Part shown: positions 11,501-24,350 of the stretch, piece after piece
Position numbering within the stretch: the first letter of the stretch is position 1
How the letters are laid out: each line of letters starts with the position of its first letter
NCBI GenBank assembly: GCA_963514005.1
Contig: OY740796.1
Span: 14,136,001 to 14,200,000 of the forward strand
Reading direction: 5' to 3'
DNA length: 64,000 nt
Source: Raja brachyura
Taxonomy: Eukaryota
Notes under the pieces: model-generated
What the model was told of the DNA's origin: nothing
What the model saw: the letters and a program-made list of their open reading frames with translations, nothing else
Database searches by the model: none
Program-made: the position numbers and the translations under genes

Positions 11501-14500
11501 GTAGGCTGGTCACAAGGTTGCCTTGGGAATAGGGGTTTAGATGCAAAATAAATTGAACCCTTATACTTTTCTCCTCCTCGTACAAAATAGTTGCTATTGT
11601 TGGTTAGAAGTATTATAGACAGGTTGAAATAATACATATTATTTGCGATTATTAAACATGAAACATAGATTATCATAACACCAGTCTAAATTATTGTGTT
11701 ACATTGTTTTTATTGCAACTATGATACAGTATTTCTTAACCTGAATATAAAAGTGATTTATCCCATTAAAAAATGTGATGTTTGCAGCCTTTAAAAAAAA
11801 AACACATGTAGATTTATTGTTCATTTATTTTATTCACCCATCGAAGATGATAAAAATACTTTGTGTGGAAATATAGAAACATTCAGAGAGATTATATGTT
11901 AATGACGATTACACAATGTTTAATTTTCGATTCGGCGAAAAGACCAGATGATATTCAAGCATGGGCTGATAAAGTAGTCGATAAAATGTGTGCCAATAAA
12001 GTACCAGACAATGACTGTCTCCAATAACAGAGTGTAACTCCTTGATGTTATGACATCTTCATTTGCAAGTGCTAACAATATGCTAGGGGTCACGTTGGGG
12101 TGCATCGTATTCAAATTAATTACTGTACAGAATTAACGGTATTACCCCTGCCTTAGCTCCCCCAACATTACAACACCCATTAGAATGTTGTAATTTCATG
12201 AATGCAATCACCTTGATTGGCTGCTTAGTTGCAGTGTTTTTGAGAAATACCTGGACCAAACTGCTTCAGTGCTGAAATTCAGAACTTTCCCGTTAAGATC
12301 TGTAATCTTGAAGATTGTTAATTGGCCTCTGTAAATTACCCCTAAGTGGGATAACATATGGCCCTTGTGGCTAAGGGGATCAGAGGGTATGGAGAGAAGG
12401 CAGGTACGGGATACTGAGTTGGATGATCAGCCATGATCATATTGAATGGCGGTGCAGGCTCGAAGGGCCGAATGGCCTATTCCTGCACCTAATTTCTATG
12501 TTTCTATGTTTAACATAGAACTAGTGTGAACAACTGATCAGTGGTCAGCAAGGACTTGACTGGCTGAAGGGCCTGTTTCCATGCTGTATTTCTAAACTGG
12601 ACAGGTGGAATCGTGACATGGTCACTTTTCCAAATAGCAGGATTGTGAGGAAATTGTGAAAGGAATCGTGAAAAGTCCAACCTTGCATGTTTTATGTTGC
12701 ATATTTACTTGACGTATTAGAATATCTTTGAATAGATAGTCCTAGAGTATTACAGTGTGGCAACAGGCCCTTCGGCCCAACATATCCCATCTACACTCGT
12801 CCCACCTGCCTGCATTTGGCCCAGATCTCTCTAAACATGTCTTATCCATGAAACTGTAAATGTTTCTTAATGTTTTCGTATGGTATTCAGAATGGTGTTG
12901 AATGTTTAAATACGAGCTGTACTGTGATGCTGTTTACAATGTTCCAGGTTGCAGCACAGGTGGCACACGCTGCTTTGGGCTTGTATCAGATGATGATGGA
13001 GTCGTCGGACAAATGGCAGACGACGATGCGAATATGGGACGATGATGGGTGAGTTTTGCTGGGAAAGGCTGCATCATATGTACACTTGTATAGAAACTAT
13101 TGTGCATAATACTGAGGTGGGAAGACTGGATATTGGTAAAATATAATTGTTTCAATAAATGACCAATTAGGAATGTACTGTCAAATTGCTCAAGATTTGA
13201 ATTGGGTTGTGACAAACAATATCTGTAAAATTAAATATACGCCAGGAGCTTGGGATGCACAAAATACTATTTAAATTATATTGCCTGGTTCACGATAAAT
13301 CCAAATTGAGCACTCTTCCATTATTAATGCAGGCTTCCGCATCTGTCACTAGAGGGCTTTTGAAATAATTGAAGCCAATAAAAGGAGAGGCAAATGGCAG
13401 GCATCAGTCACAAATGTTGATGGGTTCCTGACTAAACTGTCAGACTTCCCATTTATTTTCTGCAAATTAGATTCATGTGACAATTCTGTTTTTGGTATTG
13501 TTGCAGTTTGACTAAACTCTGCTACTTGTACATGATTGATTCCAAGGGACAATAAGCTAACAACTACTGTGTGTTGCATAACTCCACAGCTGCTGTGCCA
13601 TATTCAAGTTGCAGAGTTGTAGTTTCTCCCTTTCTAACTTATTACTCGAGTATGATCCCAATTGTATTCAGTGTTCAGTTATTAACTCAAACCCATGATG
13701 TTTTCATCTCCTTTCTGGAAAGGAATCTCTCGTGACAGGAGATGCGAGATGAACATTGAGTTGCTTTGGAACAAGGTGATTGATGCCCGAAGGTCAAGGA
13801 AGAGAAATCAGAAATTAGCTATTTTCCCATAGCTAATGACCATGATAAAACATCTATTCCTTAACATTATATATACCACAGCTTTGTATTCTGAAATTTT
13901 TACTTGCTGTTCACAAGAGAATTGACAAATTTCAGTTTTTAATTTGAGAGAAGTTTTATCCATCGTATTATTATAAATGCAGCTATCTGCTTCCACCATA
14001 GCACTAGTAGGTGTTCCAGGTACCCACCACTGTGTTTTTGAAAAAACTTGCTACAAATCTCCTTTAAATGTCCCCCCTCTCATCTTAACCCGTGCCCTCT
14101 ATTTGACATTTACATCTGGGAAATAGATGCTGATTATCGACTCCATTGATATCTCGCAATTTAATATACTTCTGTCCGGTCTCCCCTCAACCTCCGACAC
14201 GCCAGAGAAAACAATCTAGAGACTTGGACCCAGATATTCCTTTTGTACATCAGTGCTGTTAAGGACCTTGCCATTAATTCATTATACATCTCCTTCCTTA
14301 TACATTCCCATTACATTTTACCTCCCAAAGTGCAACACATCACAGTTGCCGTGGACAAAGTCAAGCTGGTCCCAAATTATCCTATCCTCTTGCAAATACA
14401 AGTAAATCCTGCATCGAAGAATCCTCTCCAGTAGCTTCTCTACCATTGTGGTGAGGCTCACTGGATAATAATTCCTGGATTCTCTATACTTCCACTCCTT

Positions 14501-16363
14501 AAACAAAGGAACAACATTGGCTACTCTCTCATCCTCCGGGACCTCTCCTGTGGCTAGAGAAGATACAAAGATATTTGTCTTGGCCCTTATAATCTCTCTT
14601 GGATTTCTCAATAACACAGAATATTTCCATCAGGCTCCGGGAATTTATCCACCTCAATGATTTTCAAGAGACCCAACGCAATCACCATCTTGATCTCACA
14701 CTGTCCGAGCAAATTAGTATTCCTTATACTGATCTTGCTGTCCACCATATCTTCCTTCTTGGTGAATGATGATACAAAGTGCTCATTTATACCTCGCCTA
14801 CATCCCACTAACTTATAAATAAATTAGCTGAATATCTTTTGTTTTAGAGGCAAGAAGATTGTACTGAAGGGAATGAACACTGGGCATCTCCTGGAGTTAC
14901 AAGATCTGGCATGTCGACAGAAGCTACCAAATTACTTGGTACAAGATGCAGGAAGGACACAGGTAAACTTTTGAGTATAAAATTAACGTTTGGCTATAAA
15001 AATTAAACATTAGATTGAACACGCGCTTTTTAATGTGGCTATTGATTTGAAAACTGGATTGGTTCCACTTTTGTGAATAACTCATCTTGATGTATGAGAT
15101 TCAATAGTGAGTGATAATTTTTTGTGTCACTAAACAATCCCTCGCATGTCAGCTCTTGCCTAAAAAGTTGCATCCACCAGACAACACTGAACGAAAGGTT
15201 GTGGGTCGATGACACCTTGGATCCTCTAAAATGTAGACATTGGAAAATAATATAGTGCCATCTTGGCTGAAACCAACAATTTAATCTTTATAAATCAGGC
15301 ATTGAAATGCTAAACCTGTACTGTTACAAATTTTCACTCACTGGGATTGGGCTATGTTGGACATGCATTTTTCTAATTGGCAGAAATGACTATGGATTTC
15401 AACTGATGGCCATTTCAGTAAGATCAGAAGGACCTAGAGGCTCATGAATGCAGAAGAGCAGATGAATAAATCAGTTGGACACAAAAAGCTAGAGTAACTC
15501 AGCGGGACAGGCAGCATCTCTGGAGAAAAGGAATGGATGATGTTTTGGGTTGAAACCCATTTAATGAGTGAGGGATAATTCCTCTTAATTGCCTAGGTAT
15601 GGAAGCAAATGTTATACAATTGTAAAAATATTAGTTGACTCGTGGTTAGATAAATGTGTGAAATTCCGGTTCCATTGCAGGAAGGATGTGACAGCATCAG
15701 GAAGGGTTCAGAGAAGAATTGAAGATGTTGTCAGGGATTTGGAAATTAAAAAATTTGAAACTAATCGTAGACCCGTGAGGCTTGAGATGTTCTATATACA
15801 ATATGGGGGCATTTATGCAGAGAAATAAAATTGTATGCCCAAGATGGAGTGAATGGCAAAGATGATTTTCTTCACCAGCAAGGCCTGCAATTACAGAGCA
15901 TTGATTTAAGTTAATTGGTGGAACTTGGGGGAAATTTTCATCATCCATGGAAAGGTGGGGATTTGCAATGTTTTGCCAGAAAGGGTGATAGCAGCATGGA
16001 TCTTCACATTTAAAATGTACCTGAAACTCCTGTCACCTGTAAGAACATAGAAAGCTGAAAAGTTATCTTGCCTTGCAACTAGATTAGACAAGAAGGGCCA
16101 AATAGTTGTTATCTATGTTTTAAACCTTTTTGTGTTTCTATATCCAAGGGTGATAAGGAACAATGTAATCTTACTCCAGTATTGCAATGGCTGTTTAAAA
16201 GGGAGAAGTATTTCTTAATCCAAATTGTTATGGGTATGCTTTTATCGTGAATATCCCTTTTTTTTTTAAACTTTAGATTGCAGCTGGATCCCGCACAGTC
16301 TTGGCAATCATGGGTGAGGAGAAGTTGGTCAATCAGATAACAGGGAGTCTCCCATTGTTGTGA
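5518..16363 (+). CDS. UBA-like + Pth2-family peptidyl-tRNA hydrolase 2-like protein, 179 aa; join(5518..5595,7370..7435,11188..11280,12948..13048,14848..14962,16277..16363)
   Basis: Six exons with GT-AG introns and matching phases (0,0,0,2,0) give 540 nt: [179 protein letters not shown]. Pth2 motifs KMVLVV, MxxGKxAAQxxHA, KIVLK, DAGRTQI, TVLAI are present. ATG is in strong context (AAAATGG) with an in-frame TGA at 5509-5511 upstream. Confidence 0.92.
6035..6322 (+). mobile_element. CR1 LINE ORF2 3' fragment
   Basis: [14 protein letters not shown]; [14 protein letters not shown]; [21 protein letters not shown]. Confidence 0.85.
6790..7105 (+). mobile_element. Highly diverged Deu-domain SINE (AmnSINE/SacSINE-like)
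   Basis: By-eye similarity to the Deu central domain (TTAAGTTGAGGTCC, GTATAAAAATCTAGTGGCTTTATTC, CTTGGTCACATAATT) and an L2-type tail. Confidence 0.4.
7370..7435 (+). CDS. Pth2-like gene coding exon 2 (UBA-like, second half)
   Basis: ACTAAT branch-point-like motif, acceptor CACAG|; [22 protein letters not shown]; donor GAA|GTAAGT. Confidence 0.87.
9042..9433 (+). mobile_element. 5'-truncated L1-clade LINE with A-rich tail and 13-bp TSD
   Basis: TSD AGCATTGATATCC at 9029-9041 and 9434-9446; ORF2 C-terminus-like [24 protein letters not shown]; AT-rich 3' UTR, AATAAA 9409-9414, A tail. Confidence 0.85.
9690..10472 (+). mobile_element. Degraded CR1 LINE (RT 3' half plus tail)
   Basis: [22 protein letters not shown]-like, TLVRLH remnants; GGGCTGAAGGGCCT tail. 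Confidence 0.75.
11188..11280 (+). CDS. Pth2-like gene coding exon 3 (start of Pth2 domain)
   Basis: Acceptor TTTAG|; [31 protein letters not shown]; donor AAG|GTATTG. Confidence 0.92.
12300..12598 (+). mobile_element. V-type SINE 3' part interrupted by a young CR1 tail (12359-12510; TSD TAACATA)
   Basis: TAACATA at 12352-12358 and 12511-12517 flanks a CR1 tail ending (TTTCTATG)n. Confidence 0.75.
12948..13048 (+). CDS. Pth2-like gene coding exon 4
   Basis: Acceptor TTCCAG|; [14 protein letters not shown]...WDDD(G); donor GG|GTGAGT, phase 2. Confidence 0.93.
13985..14810 (-). mobile_element. Internally deleted CR1 LINE
   Basis: [21 protein letters not shown]...[17 protein letters not shown]; [11 protein letters not shown]; DKFPEPDG. 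Confidence 0.85.
14848..14962 (+). CDS. Pth2-like gene coding exon 5
   Basis: Acceptor TTTTAG|A; GKKIVLKG...LVQDAGRTQ; donor CAG|GTAAAC. Confidence 0.93.
15585..16110 (+). mobile_element. Old CR1 3' fragment preceded by a Penelope-type fragment (15478-15560)
   Basis: RKDV..GRVQRR remnant; GACACAAAAAGCTAGAGTAACTCAGCGGG motif. Confidence 0.55.
16277..16363 (+). CDS. Pth2-like gene last coding exon
   Basis: Acceptor CTTTAG|; [28 protein letters not shown] then TGA. Confidence 0.92.
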   Translation: MAAGSRTVLAIMGEEKLVNQITGSLPLL

Positions 16364-16407
16364 CATTAACAACTAATACTGGCTTGTACAGAAATGGTGA
16401 CTGGAGG

Positions 16408-16413
16408 AATAAA
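16408..16413 (+). terminator. Candidate proximal polyadenylation signal of the Pth2-like gene (a distal AATAAA lies at 17894-17899)
   Basis: AATAAA about 45 nt after the stop codon; which signal is used cannot be determined from sequence. Confidence 0.4.
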
Positions 16414-19400
16414 GAAAAATACATTGAATGATAATAGCTGGAAACCCTGCATGATGAACAGATACATTCTTGCTGCCATATAATTTGAATCTTAATTTTT
16501 AAGTATTATTGCTGTTGTGCTGATGTTTGAAGGTTAGTATTCATCCTTCCAAACAAAATGTCAACTTTTGGTTCAACGGTATTATGTTTGAATATACTGT
16601 CAATTTTCAAAATCATTTGGACTGAATGCTACATAGGACAAAGGACATTTGTGAAGGAAAAGAAACTGATATTCGGCAAGCAGCTGGAGTTGTCTTTCAT
16701 TGATGCGGGCAATAATAGCAGATTAATGGTTAAGCTTCCGGATAGATAGTGATCAGTAATCCTGATCTTTTCATGCTGAATCAGAATGTTTCCGCTTAAT
16801 GGTTCAGGATGTATGAAATTATGAATAACATAAAATAATTTCTAATGAATGTGAAGGAAATGTGCTGCCTGGGCACTGAACAAGCATTTATTGAATGGTC
16901 GTGTATTAACCATGGGCCAGTTATACCACAACTTAGCTGTGATATTCCAGTTAAGTGGTTTTATAAATTATTCTGGTCCTGCTATGAGATTTCCAGCTGT
17001 TAGTGAGGTTGGTCAATCTCAGTGCACCAGGAATCATTACCATGTTAAGTGTGTTTTGGATTTTGTCTTTGAAAATGTATTAATTATTTCAAATTAAAGT
17101 TTTTAAGTTATGTTCTTCTGATGGATATATTTATCTGCAATGTTGGTTCAGTTATTATCTCTCACCCATACACACTACTCTTCACTGACTTCTCACTTCA
17201 AAAAATAGTATTTCTTTCTTGAAAGTTGATTCGGCCTTCTGTTGGTGATATTGGCTCTACATTAGCTTAACCAAGGAATTGCTGAGTTACCAGTACCAAT
17301 GGGTACACACAATCATTGTTATGGGGACTTGTGTACAGTCAGCAACTAGTAATAAAGCTAATGTCATATTCTGCCTTCTCCAAGTATGTACATGGTTCAG
17401 CACTAATTTGAACCACAAATAGCTTCTTCCAAAAGTGTCATTGAGAATATGCACCATTTGTGATAATCTTTACTCCAGATGGCAATGTTACAGTGCATTT
17501 GGAATTGATTGCAACTTTGGAAAGAGGTACAGGTCAGTCTCTCAGCTAACTTGGTAACATAAAAAGCATTAGTTCTGAAAATAGCATTCAGAATTCCAAC
17601 AGTCATATCGAACTAAGATGAAATCATCTTGTGCGGTCAAGTACTATGAAGCTGTGCATTTTAAAACTATGTATTGTATACATTATGGTTGCATGTATGA
17701 CCCTTCCTGGAATGTTTGGCAGAGGCCTGCTTTATATCCAGCCTCATTTTTCAGAAAATGAATTAAATCTTCATTTGACATTTTACCACTTCCAAATGAT
17801 TAGGCGTGCCCCATTTATTTAAATTGTGATATAGAAAATGTAACAATTAATTTGTAAAGCTCTACAATGTTCAATGAGATAAAATTAATATTTAATAAAC
17901 AATAGCAAGTCATGCAAGCGTTTATGCTCATTTATGAAGGGACAAATATGATCCCGTTCAGACAACTTTGCGAATTTGTAGAGAGGTTTGAGCACACACC
18001 TTACTGATGCAGGTGAGTGCCATCATTGAACCGACGTTAAGAGCAAACCAAAACATTAAAATCAGTTAACCAGCTTGCACTGTTTCCAGTTCATTATTGC
18101 TAAAATTAATTGTCTTGGTTAACCTGCTCAGCATAACTGGCAACTGTGCAGTGGAATACATTTCATATTTAGACACAACCAAAACACACTGTGTCATTGG
18201 GGATCTTGTACACTGCCACAGAATACTTTTCTGTCACATAGCCATGCAACTAAATGGCTAACACCATTTCAATTGAGTGTCTCCTTATGCTGGGCCATGT
18301 TGTTACACCACCCATTTGCTTCCTCCGGAATATGCAACATAATCATAAGCAACAGCAAATATATACCATTGGGTGGTAAAAATTAAACCTGTTTTTCTGC
18401 TGGGCAAAAAAAAGCCATTGTCTGTGCTGTGGATATTAATCCATGAACCATTTGGAAAAACTGGGCTGTTTGCAATGTAGGGAATAAATATTTCAGTATT
18501 GACTATTAATTATCCCTGGTTTTAACTTCCCTCTGTGCCAATGGACACCTCAACAGGTTGAATACCATGACTGTTCTGCTCCACAAATGAAAGGTGCTTG
18601 GTGATCTAAAATACAATTCTGGTCATAACTGTCGAGTCATGAAACAATATTAACTTGCTCATTGACTTCAGTGGCCAGGAGATACCCAAGTCTTTTCACT
18701 TGGCATTTTGAGAATTATTGAATTAATCAACAGACTGCACAACAGTTTGTTAGTTTTTAATATAATGTAAAGTTACATCAAAAACTGAATTAAGATATTT
18801 TATTAACTCGGGCAGTCGCATAATGTAAAATGTCAAGTTAATCCTACGAGTAAAGTGGTGCCACTAATCAAACTGTTGTCAGCAGTGTGATGGTGGCATT
18901 TTAGCAGTTCCATGATCAAAATGTACTCTTGGTCAAAAGAAATGGTGCAGATTACATAAATCGGGTAAGGCAAACAAAAGAAAATGGGACAAGGGTAAAG
19001 ATTGTGGTAAAACAATATTCATTAAATATGCAATAGGCACAAATGCTGTGGCCAATCAGAAAAACAGAATGATGAACAGCAATTCCTCATTCCCACAGCT
19101 GTTTCTGCTTTTGTTCAGGGACGTGTACTGACAAGAAATTAAAACCAGGACTAGCTGGTGTAAACTAGTTTTGCATCTAGAAGTCTCAACATGTTTACTT
19201 CAATAGCAGAACACAGTATATATCTGTTATTTATCTTGCCTTTTGTTTGTCATAAAAGGCAGTGAATAATTTTACTACATAACATCTGCAATAAAAACCT
19301 TAGTGTATGGATCTTCATGGAATGTCTGTTCATATTTGGGTGGCCAAGTGTGACTCACCCACAACTATGTAGCCTAGTTGCCATGACAGTATTGTGTTCA

Positions 19401-20267
19401 ATCGCCTGGCTATTGTGCTTCACTATTATGCAAAGTGAAATAATGTAAAGCTGAAACTGCATCTGCAGTCAAAGAATATAATGCATTGTTGAACCATGTT
19501 TTTGAATTGCAATCATATATGGAGAAGCTAAGCAAGGACATTTGATTTTCTATCTTGCGATTGTTGTGGGAGTGATTGGACAAAAATGCAGGCGACTATG
19601 TATTTCCAGAATCCTTGAGAGTAGATTCAAATATTTAAGGGAAACAAGGATTTGTTATAATTTTTTTAATGAATAGAACTCAGTTACTATAGTTTTTCCA
19701 ACTGGAAGACAACTACATTCCAATTGTGCCTTATAGTTTAATTTTCAGACATACAATGAGAAATGCAATGACGAGCAAAATTCCAAGCAGATAGCATTGT
19801 TTAGAAGGCATTATCAAAAACTACCAAGAAAACAATAAACAGAAAATTGTCACTATAGATTTAGGTTTTAATATATTTCAATCTGTATCCAATCCTTAAA
19901 CTACTTGCTCTAAAATTACATAATGCTTCCATTTGAAAAATAAATGCCTAGTACATTACAAAACACTCACATCATCAGGGAGTGCCCAGCATCTAAGATT
20001 ATAAATTTTCCAAACATTCATGTTTCAAAGGGATCAATCAGATGGGTATGACACATAGGGGTACACAAGATTTAGACTGGTGTAATAACAGATGTGTTGG
20101 ACAAAGATTAGTTCATCATTTGTGGATGTTTAACATCAGCTGGGATTTTAAAAGGCCTTACAACAAAAAAATTGACTTTAAAATGTTCACACTTGGATCA
20201 GCTCCCTTATACAAGCTTGCTGTAATATTAAATAAAATATGTGAAGTATTTCAAGAGAGAGCTAGAT

Positions 20268-20398
20268 GGCTCTTAAAAATAGCGGAGTCAGGGGATCTGG
20301 GGAGAAGGCAGGAACGGGGTACTGATTGGGGATGATCAGCCACCACATTGAATGGCGGTGTTAGCTCGAATGGCCTACTCCTGCACCTATTGTCTATA
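20268..20398 (+). mobile_element. CR1 3' tail
   Basis: GGAGAAGGCAGGAACGGGGTACTGATT...GAATGGCCTACTCCTGCACCTATTG. Confidence 0.8.
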
Positions 20399-21159
20399 AT
20401 GATGCTTCCCCTGCACCTATTTTATTATTACTGGATATGGAATTGAACATTGGAATTTTCCTCCTGTTGTGAAATACATCAGTGGAGATACCGAGCCTTT
20501 CTGTTCATAGGCAAGACCAATTTTCGTGAAAACTGTGCCAACTCATGGACATTTCTAAGTATCAACTAAATACACTGCTTCAAAAGCAAAATCGTTTGCA
20601 CTTTGGCACTGCAGCTGGTGTACATGAAGCCATTTCGAGGGCCTGTAATATGCACAAATGATTTAAATAAATTAATGTTCATGTTTGACCGGCCTGTTTG
20701 AACAAATTCGACGCACGGGCAAATACATAATCCATTCTGCAACGGGCCATCTTCTAAAAGTGATCTTCTATACACAGGAAGGTAAACGTAAAACACGAAA
20801 GGCTATATGCGACTGATAATTATCAATGCTCCCAGCCTTGAAACGGGTTTGCCAAAAATAACTAATCCTAATCAACTGTAAAACCAGTACCTTAAACCAC
20901 AGTAGAAAACCATTGCTCTCTCTCTCTTCCATGATATTGTTCAGACTCATTTTATAAAAATCAATTGACCAACATAACAACGAGTTATGCCAAGCCTATG
21001 GGGGCTGAGTAATCCTGTTGCTTATTGTACTTGGTGGGAGCAGCTGAGTGGTATTCAGATACTGCTGGTTTTCTCGTTCACACATCACCATCCCACATTT
21101 CTACTTTGGTGCATTGTGTCACTGTCCCACAAACATGAGACGATGTACAATACAATCTC

Positions 21160-22480
21160 GTCCCGGTCCGATGTCTATCGAGAGGGTTAATTGGGGGAGG
21201 GGGGGGGTCGAGAGAGAAGGAGGGTGAAGGAGGGCAGGAGGCCGTGCCTGTGGGGTGGCCGACAGCCCGAGTGGGTGTTGTCCGCCCATGAGATGACTCG
21301 TGTAACGAGGGGCGCCGGGGCAAGCGGACATGACGAGGCTGCTCCCGCATCCGTCCCGGACATCGGCAAACAAAACCTCAACACTTTTAAGTAGAAAGGA
21401 ACAAAAACAAAAGGAAAGGGGTGAAATTAAGTCTTGGGACGAAAAGAATCCACCGTGAAAAACCGAAGAGATAACTTACATACCGGACAAAAGAACCGCG
21501 AGTGGTTGAGCAGCGAGCAGCACCCGGGCTCCACCTTAGGTGGGGCGGGCTCCCGCCGGCGCCATTTTGTCCTGTAAATAAAGCCAACATTTCGCCTCGC
21601 AATTTCGCCTAACAATAAGTTTTATTGTTTTCGACGCCAAATCCGACACACTTTTAAACCGCAAGATTAACCGTACATTTTCTGTTTTTTAAAAACAAAT
21701 ATGTACACAGAAATCCAACGAGCGCCTGGCTATCTGCGCTCCGCATTACCGAACCGGTCAGGCTTTTATTTTATTTTTCAATGGAGAAAAAAAGGTGTTT
21801 GTTTTTTTTATAATCCACACCGGCAATGAACAATCCGTGAATAGCTGAGCAATAAAAAAAAAAGTAGGCGTCTTTTGATCCCGGTGTTTTTGTGGGTACC
21901 GAGAATCCACTGGACGTGTCTTTAACCATGTCCTCCCCGCACACTGCCTTGTGCCGTCTCACTCCCTCTCGCCTTCCACACGAATCCGCCGATCAAACAA
22001 GCCCCGCCCATGCAGAGGAGGGGTGGGGCGTTTGTGGACTGGTAGCTCCCTCGCCCGCCTGATTGGCATTTCTATCAGCCAGTCAGAGGCGGGGGAAGTT
22101 GAGACCAGGGCTGGGTTGCTTTGAGATTGTCCAATAGGCGAGTGGGGCGGGAGTTGGACTCGGCTGACCCGCGCAGAGCCTCCACTCGTCTCCCCGCCCC
22201 GGCTGGGTGAGGAGACGGTGGAGGAGGATCCTGTGGCCGCCTTCCCGGCGAGCCCCTGCGCCTGGGCCCGGGGAAACCCCGTGTCTTTTGTCAGGGCGGC
22301 CCGCCATTTCCGAGCGAGTGGTGGGGGCGGGGGAGGAAGGAAGGGATGGGGAATGGATGGATGGGGGAGGGGCTGCGGAAGCAACGGCGGCTGCAGCTGC
22401 ATCGGCTCACAGACCGAGGCCGGTGTCGGCAAAGCAAGAGTCGGCCCCCAGCTGCAAATAGATTGAATAGTCTCGTGATA
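21160..22480. promoter_or_regulatory. CpG-island promoter, probably bidirectional
   Basis: High GC and CpG; GC boxes (GGGGCGGG ~21542, ~22144; CCCCGCCC ~22002, ~22191), CCAAT boxes (~22061, ~22131), YY1-like CGCCATTT at ~21560 and ~22301; consensus splice donors facing outward on both strands (21479 on -, 22893 on +). Confidence 0.85.
21480..21600 (-). ncRNA. Candidate first exon of a divergent non-coding transcript
   Basis: Minus strand AAAATGGCG (YY1-like) then donor TAT|GTAAGT at 21479-21474; the ATG opens only a 9-codon ORF. Confidence 0.4.
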
Positions 22481-22892
22481 CGAATGGTTACCTGACTGGG
22501 GGAGGGGGGAGAAAGTCCCAAAAATAACAACAAACCCTATCCCGCCTGGACCAAGTTTTTATTTTCGTTTTAAGAAAAAAAAACCTCTTTGAAAATCGAG
22601 AACTTTATCAACAAGCTGCAAATTCCGCCCCCTCTTCCTCAGCAACCCCCATGTTCTTTTTTCCACACTCCCAGAAACGTCAGAGAGAAGCTGTAAAAAG
22701 GCTCGGTCGGTGACCTCAGGAAAGCCCGAGGCTCGGCTTAAGGCCTGGTTGGATGAATCCTGAGCTTTTTAACAATAACACAAAAAATAAACACACAAGG
22801 AAGGGAAGAGAGTGTGAGAGAGAGGAAAAACAGAACATTAGAAGAGGGGAGAAGGCAGTCCTATTCAGAAACGATTATTGAGAGAGAAATCG
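22200..22892 (+). other. Long non-coding first exon (5' UTR) of an unidentified + strand gene; start approximate
   Basis: Directly downstream of the GC/CCAAT cluster; ends in donor ATCG|GTGAGT; no credible ORF; no coding exon recognised in the rest of the window. Confidence 0.65.
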
Positions 22893-24287
22893 GTGAGTTT
22901 TCCTGTTTATAATTAGGTTGCCAAGAAATTTGATGGGTTTTATTGGTGTGGGTGTCGGTGCTTCCACGATGAACACTGCGCACTTTGAAATATATATATA
23001 TGAAATCATTTAAAACCGATTTTCAAACTCCTTTTCCATTTTAGTCTCGATAATTACGTTTAGAAGGATAAATGAGTAAGCAAATGTGTATTTTGGTAGA
23101 TTTATTCCACCTCGTGCAACTTAATCTCTAGTATTTTCTTCATTAGAAAACAACATGAAAAGCCCCAGGGTAGCACTCAGTTAGGAGACATCCGATTCTG
23201 AGATCTGTTCAGGTATTTCTACCCCTCAAAACCTCATTTGCATTCAACCTCTTTAAGTATCATAATGATGATGTTTAAGACTTTATCAAAATTATTGAAA
23301 TATTAGAAGTAACTTGACGTTTTGAATACTTTGTATCATGAAACGTATTTTCAAGTTACATCAGAAAATAAAATAGGCTTCTTTGGTTTATTGTTATGTC
23401 AAATCCGATTGTGGCATCCAGTTGTTCATCAATAGTATCCCAGTGAGAAACAATATCAGAATGGCAGGTAGGATTTCTGTTCCTTTTTTTTGTTGAACAA
23501 CTATTAATAAATAGTTAGATTATTAGTTGCAGAAAAAGGAAACGCACTTTTTCTTGTATTATTAGAGCATGGCCTCTTCGAACCACATGGTCTAGAAAGG
23601 TGTTCTGGCTGAAGATGACACAGATGTTTGTTTTAGTTTTGCATGCCTTTAGATGGGTTTTTATTGCAGACTTTCTAATAAATTTCAACGCTAGTTTTCA
23701 CCGGTGCTGTTGGAATGAAGTGCACATTTTTAAATGATTACCGTGTAGCAAGTGTAGATGCTTTTAACTGTCTAGGTGAAAAGATGGGTCCTGTATCATA
23801 AATCCACACCTTGTTATGAAATGTGTTAATACTGGCCGTCAGTACATTTTATCTTTGTCACTGTTGTTTCTGAGACACACGACGTTAATTTCTCAGTTGA
23901 ACCTTTATCTTTTTTAATCGGGGTGGGGGGACTGGGTTGCAAGTCATAACAAACTATACAGATTGTTGTAAAGTGTAGTCAATTATGTCGTGGAGATTCT
24001 GCTCTCCTTTCGATGTTTCTCAGAGGCCTAACAATATATCGCTGTAAATTCAACGTTCCCCCGCGTCACCAGGAAGCCAAATCCTATGTCTTAAAAAAAG
24101 GTCTCCAGACCAAGAATGCTAATTGCCAACTTTGTATCTACGATATTGCTTTCAACGCAGATCCTCTTTTCGATAGTAAGCCGCATAACAACTTACATTT
24201 TCTTGGCGTGTAAAATCATCGTGATTATCCATAACCTAAACTCTGACCTAGTTATTTATCCTTAAATCTTCAGAGGTAACTTGTGCC

Positions 24288-24350
24288 GTGTGTGTGTGTG
24301 TGTGTGTGTGACTGAGAGGGGGAGGGGGGGGGGGGGGGGTTGGGGGAAGG
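24288..24350 (+). repeat. (TG)n microsatellite followed by a poly-G / G4-prone tract
   Basis: Visible (GT)~11 then GGGGGAG(G)n TTGGGGGAAGGG. Confidence 0.9.

Noticed and set aside
21959-22533. ORFs of 74-157 aa in the CpG island
   Set aside because: Low-complexity Pro/Gly/Arg-rich products typical of GC-rich promoters
22200-22892. Naming the downstream gene
   Set aside because: Only putative UTR and intron are visible; I cannot recognise it reliably
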